From: an uncultured Methanomicrobiales archaeon
GTDB lineage: Archaea; Halobacteriota; Methanomicrobia; Methanomicrobiales; Methanospirillaceae
NCBI GenBank assembly: GCA_963758915.1
Contig: CAVWXH010000005.1
Span: 1 to 64,000 of the forward strand
DNA: 64,000 nucleotides
Direction: 5' to 3'
Shown here: one piece after another, positions 21,307 through 32,219 of the stretch
Layout of the letters: each line of letters starts with the position of its first letter
Numbering within the stretch: position 1 is the first letter of the stretch
Notes under the pieces: generated by a model
The model's database searches: none
What the model was told of the DNA's origin: nothing
What the model saw: the letters and a program-made list of their open reading frames with translations, nothing else
Made by a program: the position numbers and the translations under genes

Positions 21307-21399
21307 TTTCAACAAAGCGTGCTATGAGCCTTTGGCTCAAAGATGAGCATGAATAAGGTAGCATTTCAGATTGCTTTGCAGGAGTTTTTCATATCAGCC
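21307..21399. repeat. 93-bp structured intergenic repeat, copy 1
   Basis: Ungapped match to 34016-34108 (13 mismatches by eye). TGAGCC-ttt-GGCTCA hairpin. Confidence 0.85.
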
Positions 21400-21519
21400 A
21401 AAAATCAGAAAAGACAGACTAATAATATACCGGAAAAAGTAATGATAATAGAAATAATTGCGTTTATAGTAGCCCTGATGTTTCAGGCCGTTTGGAGAAA
21501 CCACTGTGGGTAACAATGG

Positions 21520-23211
21520 ATGCTTAAAAACTCAAATTTTTGGCTGATTGTAGCAATCGCAATTCTGTTAATTGTAGGTATTCCGCTTACCGTCTGGACT
21601 GCCCAGCAACACGATCGCTCTATGCATGATCAAATACTCATAAAAACCAAACTTGCAGGTAGTGGAATATCCTCAGCCCAGATAGAAGCCCTCTCTGGTT
21701 CGGATACCGATCTGAACTCTCCTGATTATCAGAAATTGAAAAAAACAATGGTTGCTTACCGGGCTGCAGACCCTGACATACGGTTTACCTATCTCATAGG
21801 ACAGCGATCTGACGGGGATTATTTCTTTTTTGTTGATTCAGAGCCTCCAGAATCCGCAGATTATTCCCCTCCCGGCCAGGATTACCCGGAGGTGACAGCC
21901 CTCATAATCAATGCGTTTTCTGCTGGAAAAGAAATGAGTGGTGGACCTGATTCCGATCGATGGGGTACCTGGGTAAGTGGAGTTGTACCGGTAATAGATT
22001 CAGAGACCGGAAAGGTAGTCGCAGTTTTTGGGATGGACGTCGATGCCAGAACGTGGAGCCGTGAGAGGGCAATGGCTACCATACCAATAGTTGCAGGAGT
22101 AATTATCCTGTTAATCCTGATATCGGCCTTCTTTTTTATTCACGAACGTAACGAACGGGAACGCCGTAGGATCAAAGAATCTGATCAGGTTCTACGTAAG
22201 AGTGAAGAGAGGTACCGATTCCTGTTCACGCATTCCCCGATTGGTATTGTCCAGTTAGATAAAAACGGCATCATTGTCATGGTAAATACCAAATACACCG
22301 AAATTATAGGCGCAAGCATCGAACAATTAATAGGATTTGACACACTTGCTCAAATCAAGGATCCTGAGTTTTTGAAGGCAATCCAGGTTGCCATGAATGG
22401 GAAGACAGGATTGTTTGAGGGTGAATACACCTCGGTAATTACAGGGAAGCGACTTAATCTTCGGATGGTTACCCAGCCACTCGGGACCAATGAGAGCAGT
22501 TTGTCAGGGGTTATAGGAATAATAGAGGACATCACCGACAGGAAACGGGCAGAGGCCGCACTGGAGCAGATGAGCAAGAGACTTTCTTTATTGAATTATG
22601 TTACATTTAATGAAATTGGGAATTCTATTTTCACAATCAGCGGATACCTTACCCTGGCAAAATCCCAAGATGGTGAACCTGTTCAGGAATATCTTGAATC
22701 TTTGGGTAAATCTATCAGGAAAGTTGAAAAATCGCTGGCCTTTGCAAAAGAATACCAGCAACTCGGAACTAACATCCCGACGTGGCAGGATGTGCAACGA
22801 TCTTTTCTTTTGGGTATTTCCCACCTGAATTTCTCATCCATTCACCGGAAGGTCCAGCTTGATAATCTTGAGATCTATACCAGCTCCCTTATTGAGCGGG
22901 TATTCTTCGCGCTTGCTAAAAATGTTCTCACCCATGCAAAAGATGCAACAGATGTAACCATAAATTATGAAATAGTCAAAGATGGTCTCCTGCTGTTTTT
23001 CCGGGATAATGGGCCCGGTATATCTGATACCAACAAAGATAAGATATTTGAACAGGGATATGGAAGCCAGAAGGGTATGGACTTGTTCCTCGTGCGGGAA
23101 ATACTCAGTATTACCGGTATAACCATCAGGGAGACCGGCACGTATGGAGAAGGCACCTGTATTGAAATTTTTGTGCCTAATGGGGCCTACCGATTCGCTG
23201 ACAACCAATAA
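21520..23211 (+). CDS. Membrane PAS-domain sensor histidine kinase-like protein (H-box His absent)
   Basis: 2 TMs around an extracellular domain, PAS ending in EDITDRK, LNYVTFNEIGN, N-box KNVLTHA, DNGPGI, GMDLF. Confidence 0.85.
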   Translation: MLKNSNFWLIVAIAILLIVGIPLTVWTAQQHDRSMHDQILIKTKLAGSGISSAQIEALSGSDTDLNSPDYQKLKKTMVAYRAADPDIRFTYLIGQRSDGDYFFFVDSEPPESADYSPPGQDYPEVTALIINAFSAGKEMSGGPDSDRWGTWVSGVVPVIDSETGKVVAVFGMDVDARTWSRERAMATIPIVAGVIILLILISAFFFIHERNERERRRIKESDQVLRKSEERYRFLFTHSPIGIVQLDKNGIIVMVNTKYTEIIGASIEQLIGFDTLAQIKDPEFLKAIQVAMNGKTGLFEGEYTSVITGKRLNLRMVTQPLGTNESSLSGVIGIIEDITDRKRAEAALEQMSKRLSLLNYVTFNEIGNSIFTISGYLTLAKSQDGEPVQEYLESLGKSIRKVEKSLAFAKEYQQLGTNIPTWQDVQRSFLLGISHLNFSSIHRKVQLDNLEIYTSSLIERVFFALAKNVLTHAKDATDVTINYEIVKDGLLLFFRDNGPGISDTNKDKIFEQGYGSQKGMDLFLVREILSITGITIRETGTYGEGTCIEIFVPNGAYRFADNQ

Positions 23212-23640
23212 GCGGGGAAATACTGGAAAACAGGCGATGACGAGGAGTATCGCGAAGAAGTCCTTGCCGTCATTATCCTCCTGCTACATTCTGAAAAACA
23301 AGGCATAAAGGAGCGGAGGAGGTTTGCCGGCGAAATGAAGTGGAGCAGGGAAACGAGGGAGCGAACATTCTGCCGGATTCGTATCAGTCAGGCCCACAAT
23401 GGTCTTCCAGACCCCCGCTCATGTGATTTCGTTGCACAGCAATCCTTTCGCGAAGTCGAAGGGTCGCGGACAGGAGGCCCCCCGGTGGTGTTGCCCCCCA
23501 CTTCAGGGTCGGGAGAGCGGGGAAGAGGGTGTTAGGCCGGTCGCAGGGGCGATTGCATTGCCTGAGAGAATCAAAGGGGACTGTCCCGGGATCGGTTTTC
23601 CGGGACCCCTTTTTTTGGGAAGGCCGGACCCCGGAAGTAA

Positions 23641-24087
23641 TCACAGTCCCAATTCAAGCAAATGCTGGTACTGCCAGTTACGTTCCCTGACTGTGGCAGC
23701 ATCGGCATCAGATACATCTGTGGCGTCACGAACAGCGGTGGCTGCATAGATAGCAGCGGCGACAGCATGACGGGGAACATGTGCAGTTGCCACCGCCTGA
23801 CCTGCAGCACGGGCCGCAGAACGAGCCGCATTATCTTCCTGGACTTCACGTGCAGCCGCATGAGCTGCAAGTGCTGCCCTGCGTATATCATCCATCTTAA
23901 ACACGCCCGTTAGTACCCACGCACGTAACATTTCGATAGCTTCCCGGGGACGATTATCTCCCGGAGATTTTTCTTCAAAATATGGTACTACACGCTCGGC
24001 ACAGTCAGCCGCCCAGATTGCCAATCTTCTATGGTCAGCTCCGGCCGCAAGATTTTCTATCGATTTATCGAGGCTCGTTACTGCCAT
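23641..24087 (-). CDS. Imm5-like putative immunity protein
   Basis: LAIWAADCAERV...DNRPREA...AHAAAR...AARAAGQAVATAHV...ERNWQ. Confidence 0.8.
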   Translation of the reverse strand: MAVTSLDKSIENLAAGADHRRLAIWAADCAERVVPYFEEKSPGDNRPREAIEMLRAWVLTGVFKMDDIRRAALAAHAAAREVQEDNAARSAARAAGQAVATAHVPRHAVAAAIYAATAVRDATDVSDADAATVRERNWQYQHLLELGL

Positions 24088-24104
24088 TTTAGGTCTGTGT
24101 CGAG

Positions 24105-24570
24105 AGACGAGTTTATATCCCGTTTCTTACCGGACGGCACCCATATCTTTGTCAATGAAGCCTACTGCCGGTATTTCGGGCTGAAACGTGAAGCGATACT
24201 CGGGCACCGGTTCCGTCCGGAGATCCCGTTGAAGACCAGGAACGCGTGAGGCAGTTTTTTGAATCCCTGACCCCGGGCAATCCTGTCGACACCATCGTAC
24301 ACCGGATTATCATGCCGGACGGTGGAATACGGTGGCAGCGGTGGAGCGACCGTGCAAACTTCGATCCTTTTGGAACGATCACCGAATACCAGTCGGTAGG
24401 CCGTGATATAACCATACGAAGGAAGCAGAAATTGCGCTCAGGCAAGCGAGCGCGGTACCGGACGCTGTTAACCTCGGTGAACGAAGGGATCTGGGTCATT
24501 GATACGGATGCTGTAACGACCTATGTCAATCCGATTATGGCGGTATGCTCGGGTACACGGTCGACGAAAT
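24105..24570 (+). pseudogene. Orphan PAS-domain fragments of a decayed sensor gene
   Basis: EFISRFLPDGTHIFVNEAYCRYFG...RWQRWSDRA..EYQSVGRDIT...EGIWVID. No start, several indels. Confidence 0.65.
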
Positions 24571-24689
24571 GGTGGTACTGCACCGTATAATCCAAGTCTT
24601 TTTTGCCGAATCCGGGTTTTTTTCATTTCATAACCCTTATCCTATAGTAGAGTATATTCCACATTGAAAAGTACTACAGGAATCAGGTA

Positions 24690-27600
24690 ATGTACCGGAT
24701 ACTTTATATCGACGATGAGCCGAGCCTGTTAGAGATAGCAAAACTTTTTCTGGAACGTTCAAACGATTTTTCCGTCGATATCGATACTTCCGCAGAGCAC
24801 GCACTCCACACGATCGGTACACAGACATACCATGCCATCGTCTCTGATTTCCAGATGCCGGATATGGACGGTATCGACCTTTTAAAAGCCGTTCGCGGCA
24901 ATCACGGGAATATCCCGTTTATCCTTTTCACCGGGCGGGGCCGTGAGGAGGTGGTGATCGAGGCGATCAACAACGGTGTGGACTTCTATCTCCAGAAAGG
25001 CGGAGACCCGAAAGCCCAGTTTGCCGAGCTGGAACATAAGATCCGGCAGGCGATAGCCCGTCGGCAGGCCGAAAATTCGCTAAATGAATCTGAAAAGCGA
25101 CTTGCCGATATCATCAACTTCCTGCCCGATGCCACGTTTGCAATCGACCGTTCAGGCCAGGTCATTGCATGGAACCACGCCATCGAAGAGATGACCGGTG
25201 TCCCTGCGGCTGATATTCTGGGGAAGGGGGAGTACGAGTATGCGATCCCCTTCTACGGAAAACGGCGCCCTATTCTTATTGACCTGATTTTTAAGCCGGA
25301 AGAAGATATCAGCAAATATTATAAAGGCATTTCACGGGAAAAAGACGTCCTCATTGCTGAAACGGACCTCCCGCAACCGAAAGGAGTGCAACGGACACTC
25401 ATGGGCAAGGCAAGCCCGCTTTATAGCCAGAAAGGCGAAATTATCGGTGCAATTGAATCAATCCGGGATATCACCCGGATGAAAGAAACGGAACTATCGT
25501 TGCAGGAGCAAAACAAGGTCCTCGCAAGCATGAACCAGTTCTCCCTGGAACTTGCATTGCTGCCGGCCGGTGCAAACCTCGGAACATTCATTGTCCGGAA
25601 GTTGATGGAGTTAACCGGGGGAGTGGCGGCCTGGTATTCGGATTATCATCCTGCTGACCGCACCCTTATTATCAGCCACCTCGAGTCCGGGCATGATTTC
25701 CTGGAAAAAGCGGTGAAGATTCTGGGAAAAGATCCCCACGAGATAAAGACTGTTATCAGTGCGGATGAGTACATGGAAATTGTCGGTAGTTCTGTAAAAA
25801 AGCTCCCGACTCTTACCGATGTCAGTTTTGGACAAATCCCGCCTGCAATAAGTTTTGCTATCCAGAAAGTCCTTGGTATTGACCATTTCTTCGGTCTTGT
25901 GTATGTTATTGAAGGGGAGCTCGTTGCTACTTCTGTCCTCGCGATCGGAAAAGGTAAGCCTGACCCGTCTGTCGGGTTCCTTGAATCATTCTCGCACATG
26001 GTGGCAGTATCCCTGCGCAGGCGCTCTGCAGAGGAAAAACTGTGTGCTGGTGAAGAAAAATTCCGTACTGTTGCTGATTTTACCTATGGCTGGGAATACT
26101 GGGAGGCACCGGATCACAGTATTATTTACATGAGTCCCTCCTGCGAAAGGATATCCGGTTATAGCAGGGAAGAATTCCAGCAGAACCCCTCTCTCCATGA
26201 CTCCATCGTTGACCCCCGTGACAGGGAGGTGTGGGAGAACCACCGGAAGGAAGCTGATGAAACAAAAACGGCACTCAGACTTAGATTTCCGTATCGTGAG
26301 AAAGGACGGCGAGGTACGCTGGATCAACCATACCTGCCACCCGGTCTTTGATTCCGCGGGGCGCCACCTGGGCAGGCGTGCAAGCAACCGTGATATCACC
26401 GAAAAGAAACGGATGGACGATGAACTGAGGGCCGCATACGAGCAGCTTTCGGCATCCCAGGAAGAACTGCAGGGCCAGTTTGAAGAGATACTCCTGAGCG
26501 GGAAGCAGATCCAGGAGAGCGGGGAGAAGTTCCGGACATTCATGGAAGCTTCAATCGATGGCGTACTGCTGATCGAGGCCGATGGCACAATCCTTGCATG
26601 GAACCCGGCTGCAGAACAAATCTTCGGGATTCCTGCATCGGAGGCACTGAAGAGCAATATTGTAGACCTTCAGGTTCGTCTGATCGTCCCTGAGCACCAA
26701 AACACGGCATATATCGAAGACTTACGGTCGCGATTTGCCACATCTTTTCCCGAGCTCTTCTCAAGAAATTCCCCTCTGTTTCTTGAAGTAGAGGTCATGA
26801 ATGCACGCGGACGCCGGATGACGGTCCAGCAGGCGCTCTTCCCTATCCCGACCTCGGTCGGGAAACGCATCGGTTGTATTGTGCGGGAAGTGACTGAACA
26901 GAGGAACGCGGAGAAGAACCTCAGGGAGAGTGAAGCCAAGTACCGTGAGCCTGCCGAGCTGCTGCCCCAGATGGTCTTTGAGATGGACCTCGATTTCAGG
27001 GTCACGTACGCGAACCAGTACGCACTGACAACCATGGGTCGTTACTGATAAGGATCTTGAGGCAGGAGTCAGTGCACTATCTTTTATCGATCCTTCAGAT
27101 CATGAGCGTATCCGGCAGAATATCGGAAAAATTATTCCGCGGGGAAACGGTTGAAAACCATGAATATACTGCAGTCCGCAGGGACGGCAGCACGTTCCCC
27201 GTCCTGATCTATACCTCTCCCTTCTCCCGGTCTGGAAAACTCGCCGGGTTCCGCGGGATCTTGATCGATATCACCGACCAGAAAAGAGCAGAAAACGCAT
27301 TACGCGAAAGCGAGCGATTCTTAAAGGAAACCCAGAAGATAGCCCGGCTGGGTGGCTGGAAGGCCAATCCCCATACGGACTTCCTTGAATGGACAGATGG
27401 GATATACGATATCATTGAAGCACCCCGCAGTTACCGGCCGGGACTTACCGAAGGGATGAAGTACTATGCACCGGAGGATATCCCGGTTATCCGTGAAAAA
27501 GTGGCTGCCTGCCTTTCGACTGGTGAACCCTTTGCTATGGAAGCCCGGATAATCACCGAGACCGGTAAACAGGTCTGGACAGAATTGCGGGGTCTGGCAC

Positions 27601-30600
27601 CGGTAATTGAGGGGATCCGTTCTTATGTCATTGGTACGCTTCAGGATATCACCGGGCGGAAACTGGCGGAGGATGCACTGCGGGAGAGCGAGGAGCGGTT
27701 CAAAACCCTGTTCGAGAAATCTTCTGAAGCGCAGTTACTCCTTGATAGCACGGGGAAGGTCTCTGACTGTAACGCTGCCTTCCTGACGCTTTTTGCAATT
27801 ACAGGATAACCAGGAGATCCTCGGGCATTCCCCTGACGATTTTGCCCCGGAGTTCCAGCCCGATGGCGTCCGTTCGTCAGAGCGTGGCGATGAGATTCTG
27901 GCTGCGGTGATGAAGGATGGGATGGTGCGGTATGAATGGGCACACCTGAAGCATGACCCTGCACGAACCCTGATCCTGACCGACGTGATCTGCACGCTCA
28001 TCCAGATCGCCGGGCAACCGATGATCCATACCAGCATACGGGATATCACTGACCGGAAAAATGCAGAGGACGCACTCCGCGATCGCGAGGCAACACTTTC
28101 CAGCATCTTCCGTGCAGCGCCGATCGGGATCGGGTTGGTCTCAAACCGGGTCATTATCAGGGTGAATGACCGGCTCTGCGAGATGACCGGGTATTCCGCA
28201 GGGGAACTGATAGGTAAAAGTGCACGCATCCTCTATCCCGACGATGAGGAGTTTGAACGCGTGGGGCGGGAAAAATATGAACTTATCCGGAAATTCGGTA
28301 CCGGGACCATTGAGACCCGCTGGCGGCGGAAAGACGGGGACATACGCGATGTCCTGCTCAGCTCGACACCTCTGGATCCGGAAAACCTTGCCATAGGTGT
28401 GACCTTTACTGCTCTGGATATCACCGACCGTAAACGGGCAGAATCAGAACTCCGGGATGCCTACGAACAGATCGCTGCAACCGAAGAGGAACTCAGGGGA
28501 CAGTACGAGGAACTGGCACACAGCGAACAGCGAATTCGTGAAAGCGAGGCAAAATTCAGGGCTATCATCGACCAGTCCTTCCAGTTCATCGGCCTGATGA
28601 CAACTGATGGCATATTAATTGAAGCCAACCAGGCCGCTCTGAAATTTGCCGGTATTTCAGAATCCGCTGTTATTAACCGGCCTTTCTGGGAGACCCCGTG
28701 GTGGTCTCATTCCGCAGATCTGCAGGAGGTGCTGAAGGATGCCATACAACGGGCTGCATCCGGTGAAACCGTCAGGTTCGAGGCAACCCATCGTGCTGCC
28801 AACGGGCATCTTGCCTATATTGATTTCTCGATTAAACCAATGGTAGATCCGACCGGCAGAATCCTGTACTTAATCCCGGAAGGCCGGGATCTCACTGAAC
28901 GCAAGCAGGCCGAAGAAAAGCTTTTACTGCGTATGGGCAGCTTTCGGCAACCGAAGAAGAGCTCCGGCAGCAGTACGAGGAACTTGCGCAGAATGAAGAA
29001 AAGCTCCGCTTAAGTGAGGAGAAGTTCCGGACGCTTGTAGAGACAACGAGCGACTTCATCTGGGAGGTAGATGAAAGCGGCACCTACTCATATGTCAGCC
29101 CTCAGGTGCGGGAGCTGCTGGGGTACGAACCTGAAGAACTTATCGGCAAGACCCCCTTTGACTTCATGCAACCGGACGAGGCGCTACGGGTGGCCGCGGA
29201 GTTCACCAGGCTTGTCGATTCCCGGCTGCCGATATCATCCCTTGAGAACAGCTGGATCCACAAGAACGGGTCGATCGTTGTCCTTGAGACAAGTGGCGTG
29301 CCCCGGCTGGCAAAAGACAGATCTTTTACCGGGTACCGCGGTATTGACCGTGACATCACTATGCGCAAGCACGCTGAAGAGGCGCTGAAGGAGAGCGAAG
29401 AGAAGTACCGGACGATCCTCGACACAACCAGCGAATGGATCTGGGATCTTGGTCTGGACGGCCGACATACCTACTCCAATAATGGCGTAGAATCTCTTCT
29501 TGGATACACAGTTGATGAATTCCTGGGATTCTATGCATTTGATCTGATGCACCCGGAAGACAAAAAACAGGGTGAAAAGATCTTCACAACGTCAATAAAG
29601 GAAAGAAAGGGCTGGCGTAATCTTGTAACCCGCTGGCAGCACAAAGACGGTACTTACCGGTATCTTGAGAGCAACGCAACAACGATCTTCAACGAGAGGG
29701 GTGAACTGACCGGATTCCGGGGTGCCGACCGTGATATTACCGACCGCAAGCTCGCAGAAGAGGCGATACGGAACAGTGAAGCAGCGCTCCGGGAGAAGAG
29801 CGCGATGCTGGAGGCATTGTTCAATGCAATTCCTGATGTGATCGGGGTACAGGATCTTCACCACGGGATCATCAGGTACAATGCCGCCGGGTATGCGATG
29901 GTAGGGAAAAACCCTGGTGAAGTGACGGGAAAGAGATGCTATGAGCTGATCGGTCATGATACCCCCTGCGAGATCTGTGCAACCTCGGAAACATACCGCT
30001 CAAAAAAACCGGCAATGGTGCAGAAATTTGTACCGGAAATCGATGCATGGCTGGATGTGAGGAGTTATCCTGTCCTTGATGATACGGGGGAAATCCGGTT
30101 TATCATTGAGCACCTCCGGGATATCAGTAATCAGAAACGTGCAGAAGAGTCGATCCGGGAAAAGACCGAGGAGATCAACCAGTATTTCTCCACCAGCCTC
30201 GACCTCTTCTGCATCGCGGATACGGATGGATATTTCCGTCGTCTGAACCCTGAATGGGAGAAGACGCTTGGCTATACACTCGCGGAACTCGAGGGCAAAC
30301 GCATCCTCGATCTCGTCCACCCGGACGACCTGCAGGCTACCCTTGCAGCAGTTGCCACCTTACGTTCCGATAAAGAGGTGCTTAACTTCACGAACCGGTA
30401 CTGCCACAAGGACGGTACCTACCGGTGGCTAGAGTGGCGTTCCATCCTCCTTGGTGACCGGATCTATGCAGCAGCCCGGGATATCACCGAACGCAGGAAC
30501 ATGGAGAACGCGGTCCGGGAAGTCAACCGGAAACTCAACCTCCTGAACAGTGTCACCCGCCACGATGTCGCAAATCAGATTATGGTCCTCCGGGGGTACA

Positions 30601-31163
30601 CCCAGATAGCAGAAATGGAAAACCCTGGTCCGGTCATTGCTGGCTTATTAGCCAGGATTGATGCATCATCACTGGCAATTGCCCGCCTGATCGAGTTTAC
30701 CAGGATGTACCAGGAACTGGGTATCCATACCCCCGCATGGTTCAGGCTTGATGAGATCATTGCAACAACAGGGAAAACCGTGGTCCTGCTCTCGGGTACC
30801 TGCAACCAGGTTGAAATTTTTGCCGACCCCTTACTCGAGCGTGTTTTTTTCAATTTATTCGATAATGCTGACCGTCACGGTGAACGGGTGACGGAGGTTA
30901 CCATTCGCTGTGAACCTGTCCAGGAAAGGCTTGTCATCATCGTTGAGGACAATGGGGTCGGTATCCCGTCAGACGAGAAAGAGAAGATCTTTGGGAGAGG
31001 GTACGGGAAGAATACCGGACTGGGCCTCTTTCTGGCACGGGAGATCCTTGCCATCACCGGCATCACTATCAGTGAGACCGGGGTTCCGGGCAAAGGGGCA
31101 CGGTTTGAGATCGCGGTGCCGGATGGGGCATACCGGTTCACGAAAGACAATACTAACCGATAG
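24690..31163 (+). CDS. Giant hybrid sensor: REC + ~12 PAS + GAF-like + histidine kinase (~2,150 aa, ~4 frameshifts)
   Basis: ILYIDDE...SDFQMP (REC), repeated DIT-ending PAS domains, TRHDVAN H-box, NLFDNA, DNGVG, GLGL. Joins ORFs 24690-26351, 26197-27048, 27057-27809, 27793-29013 and 29106-31163. Confidence 0.85.
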
Positions 31164-31355
31164 CGGTACCGGGAGAAACCTAGGAATCCGGGGGGCTCAG
31201 GGTATGGGGGAGCTCAGGGTAAGAATATGAATGGTACTGGAAGCACGGGCGCTATCAGATAACCGTGCTACCTGGGATGACTGAACATAGTATAAGCCTG
31301 ATTCGGTGAAAAACGTGAAACAATTAAAAAAATATAAATAAGATTTTGGTTCGCT

Positions 31356-31913
31356 TCACGCCCTTTTCGCTGCCCGGATCGTTGCACCCATTATGACGCT
31401 GAGAATGCCCCATACGACGAAATAGACCCCTATGAAGATTACTGCAAGGGAAACGCCGATAATAGGTCCTATAATGATTATGATACCCAGGATCAGGGAC
31501 AGTATTCCCTGAAGTGCGAAAAGCCCGCGGTGGACCATTTGCTTCTCTGAAATTGCAAGGATCAGGCCGATAAGTCCCCCGATAAACAGGGCAATACCCA
31601 CGAGGATGAAGATTACCCTACCCATCACGTAGGGTGACAGGATCGTTGCCAGCCCGAAGAAAAATCCGATAATCCCAAGGACTGCAAGAAGTATCGATCC
31701 CTTCAACCCGCCGGGTGCAACCGCGGACATCATTATTACACCGAAGGAGACGAGGATAAGGAATATCCCGATCAGTTCAATCAGCACTGTTGCCGTAAGC
31801 TGAGGAAACATTGCGATAACGAGACCAAATATCATTGCGACTAAACCGAGAAGGACAAATGATCCCCACCTGAGGTCATTGACCTGACCTTCCATAACAA
31901 CATCGTTTGCCAT
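31356..31913 (-). CDS. HdeD/DUF308 family membrane protein
   Basis: Six Gly-rich TM hairpins with GxxxIxxGxxxxxxP repeats. Confidence 0.85.
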   Translation of the reverse strand: MANDVVMEGQVNDLRWGSFVLLGLVAMIFGLVIAMFPQLTATVLIELIGIFLILVSFGVIMMSAVAPGGLKGSILLAVLGIIGFFFGLATILSPYVMGRVIFILVGIALFIGGLIGLILAISEKQMVHRGLFALQGILSLILGIIIIIGPIIGVSLAVIFIGVYFVVWGILSVIMGATIRAAKRA

Positions 31914-31945
31914 AATATTACCATCTTAATTTTCATAAACTACGA

Positions 31946-31960
31946 TATATAAATATTCCG
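31946..31960 (-). promoter_or_regulatory. Archaeal BRE/TATA promoter of the HdeD gene
   Basis: Minus strand CGGAATA-TTTATATA, ~33 nt upstream of ATG 31913. Confidence 0.6.
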
Positions 31961-32180
31961 CCGGATTTTGTTAGTTACGCCCAAAACATCGTATTGGCTG
32001 GAAAAATATTGGTTTCTATCAGTTTTTTTGGAATGAAAACCCGGCATAAAGAGAAGTAGTCTGCTCCCTCCCGCTTGATCTCAATGTCAGGAAACCTTTT
32101 TTTCCCACATTTCAAACTGAGTATATGTTTCCATATCGATAAATCCCTTTGATTAGGTTGTTATTGTCCATCGAATTAAT

Positions 32181-32194
32181 AGGCAATTATATAA
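32181..32194 (+). promoter_or_regulatory. Archaeal TATA promoter of the META gene
   Basis: TTATATAA at 32187-32194, ~26 nt before ATG 32220 (near-leaderless). Confidence 0.55.
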
Positions 32195-32219
32195 TAGTAA
32201 AAAAAGATCACATTAATAT

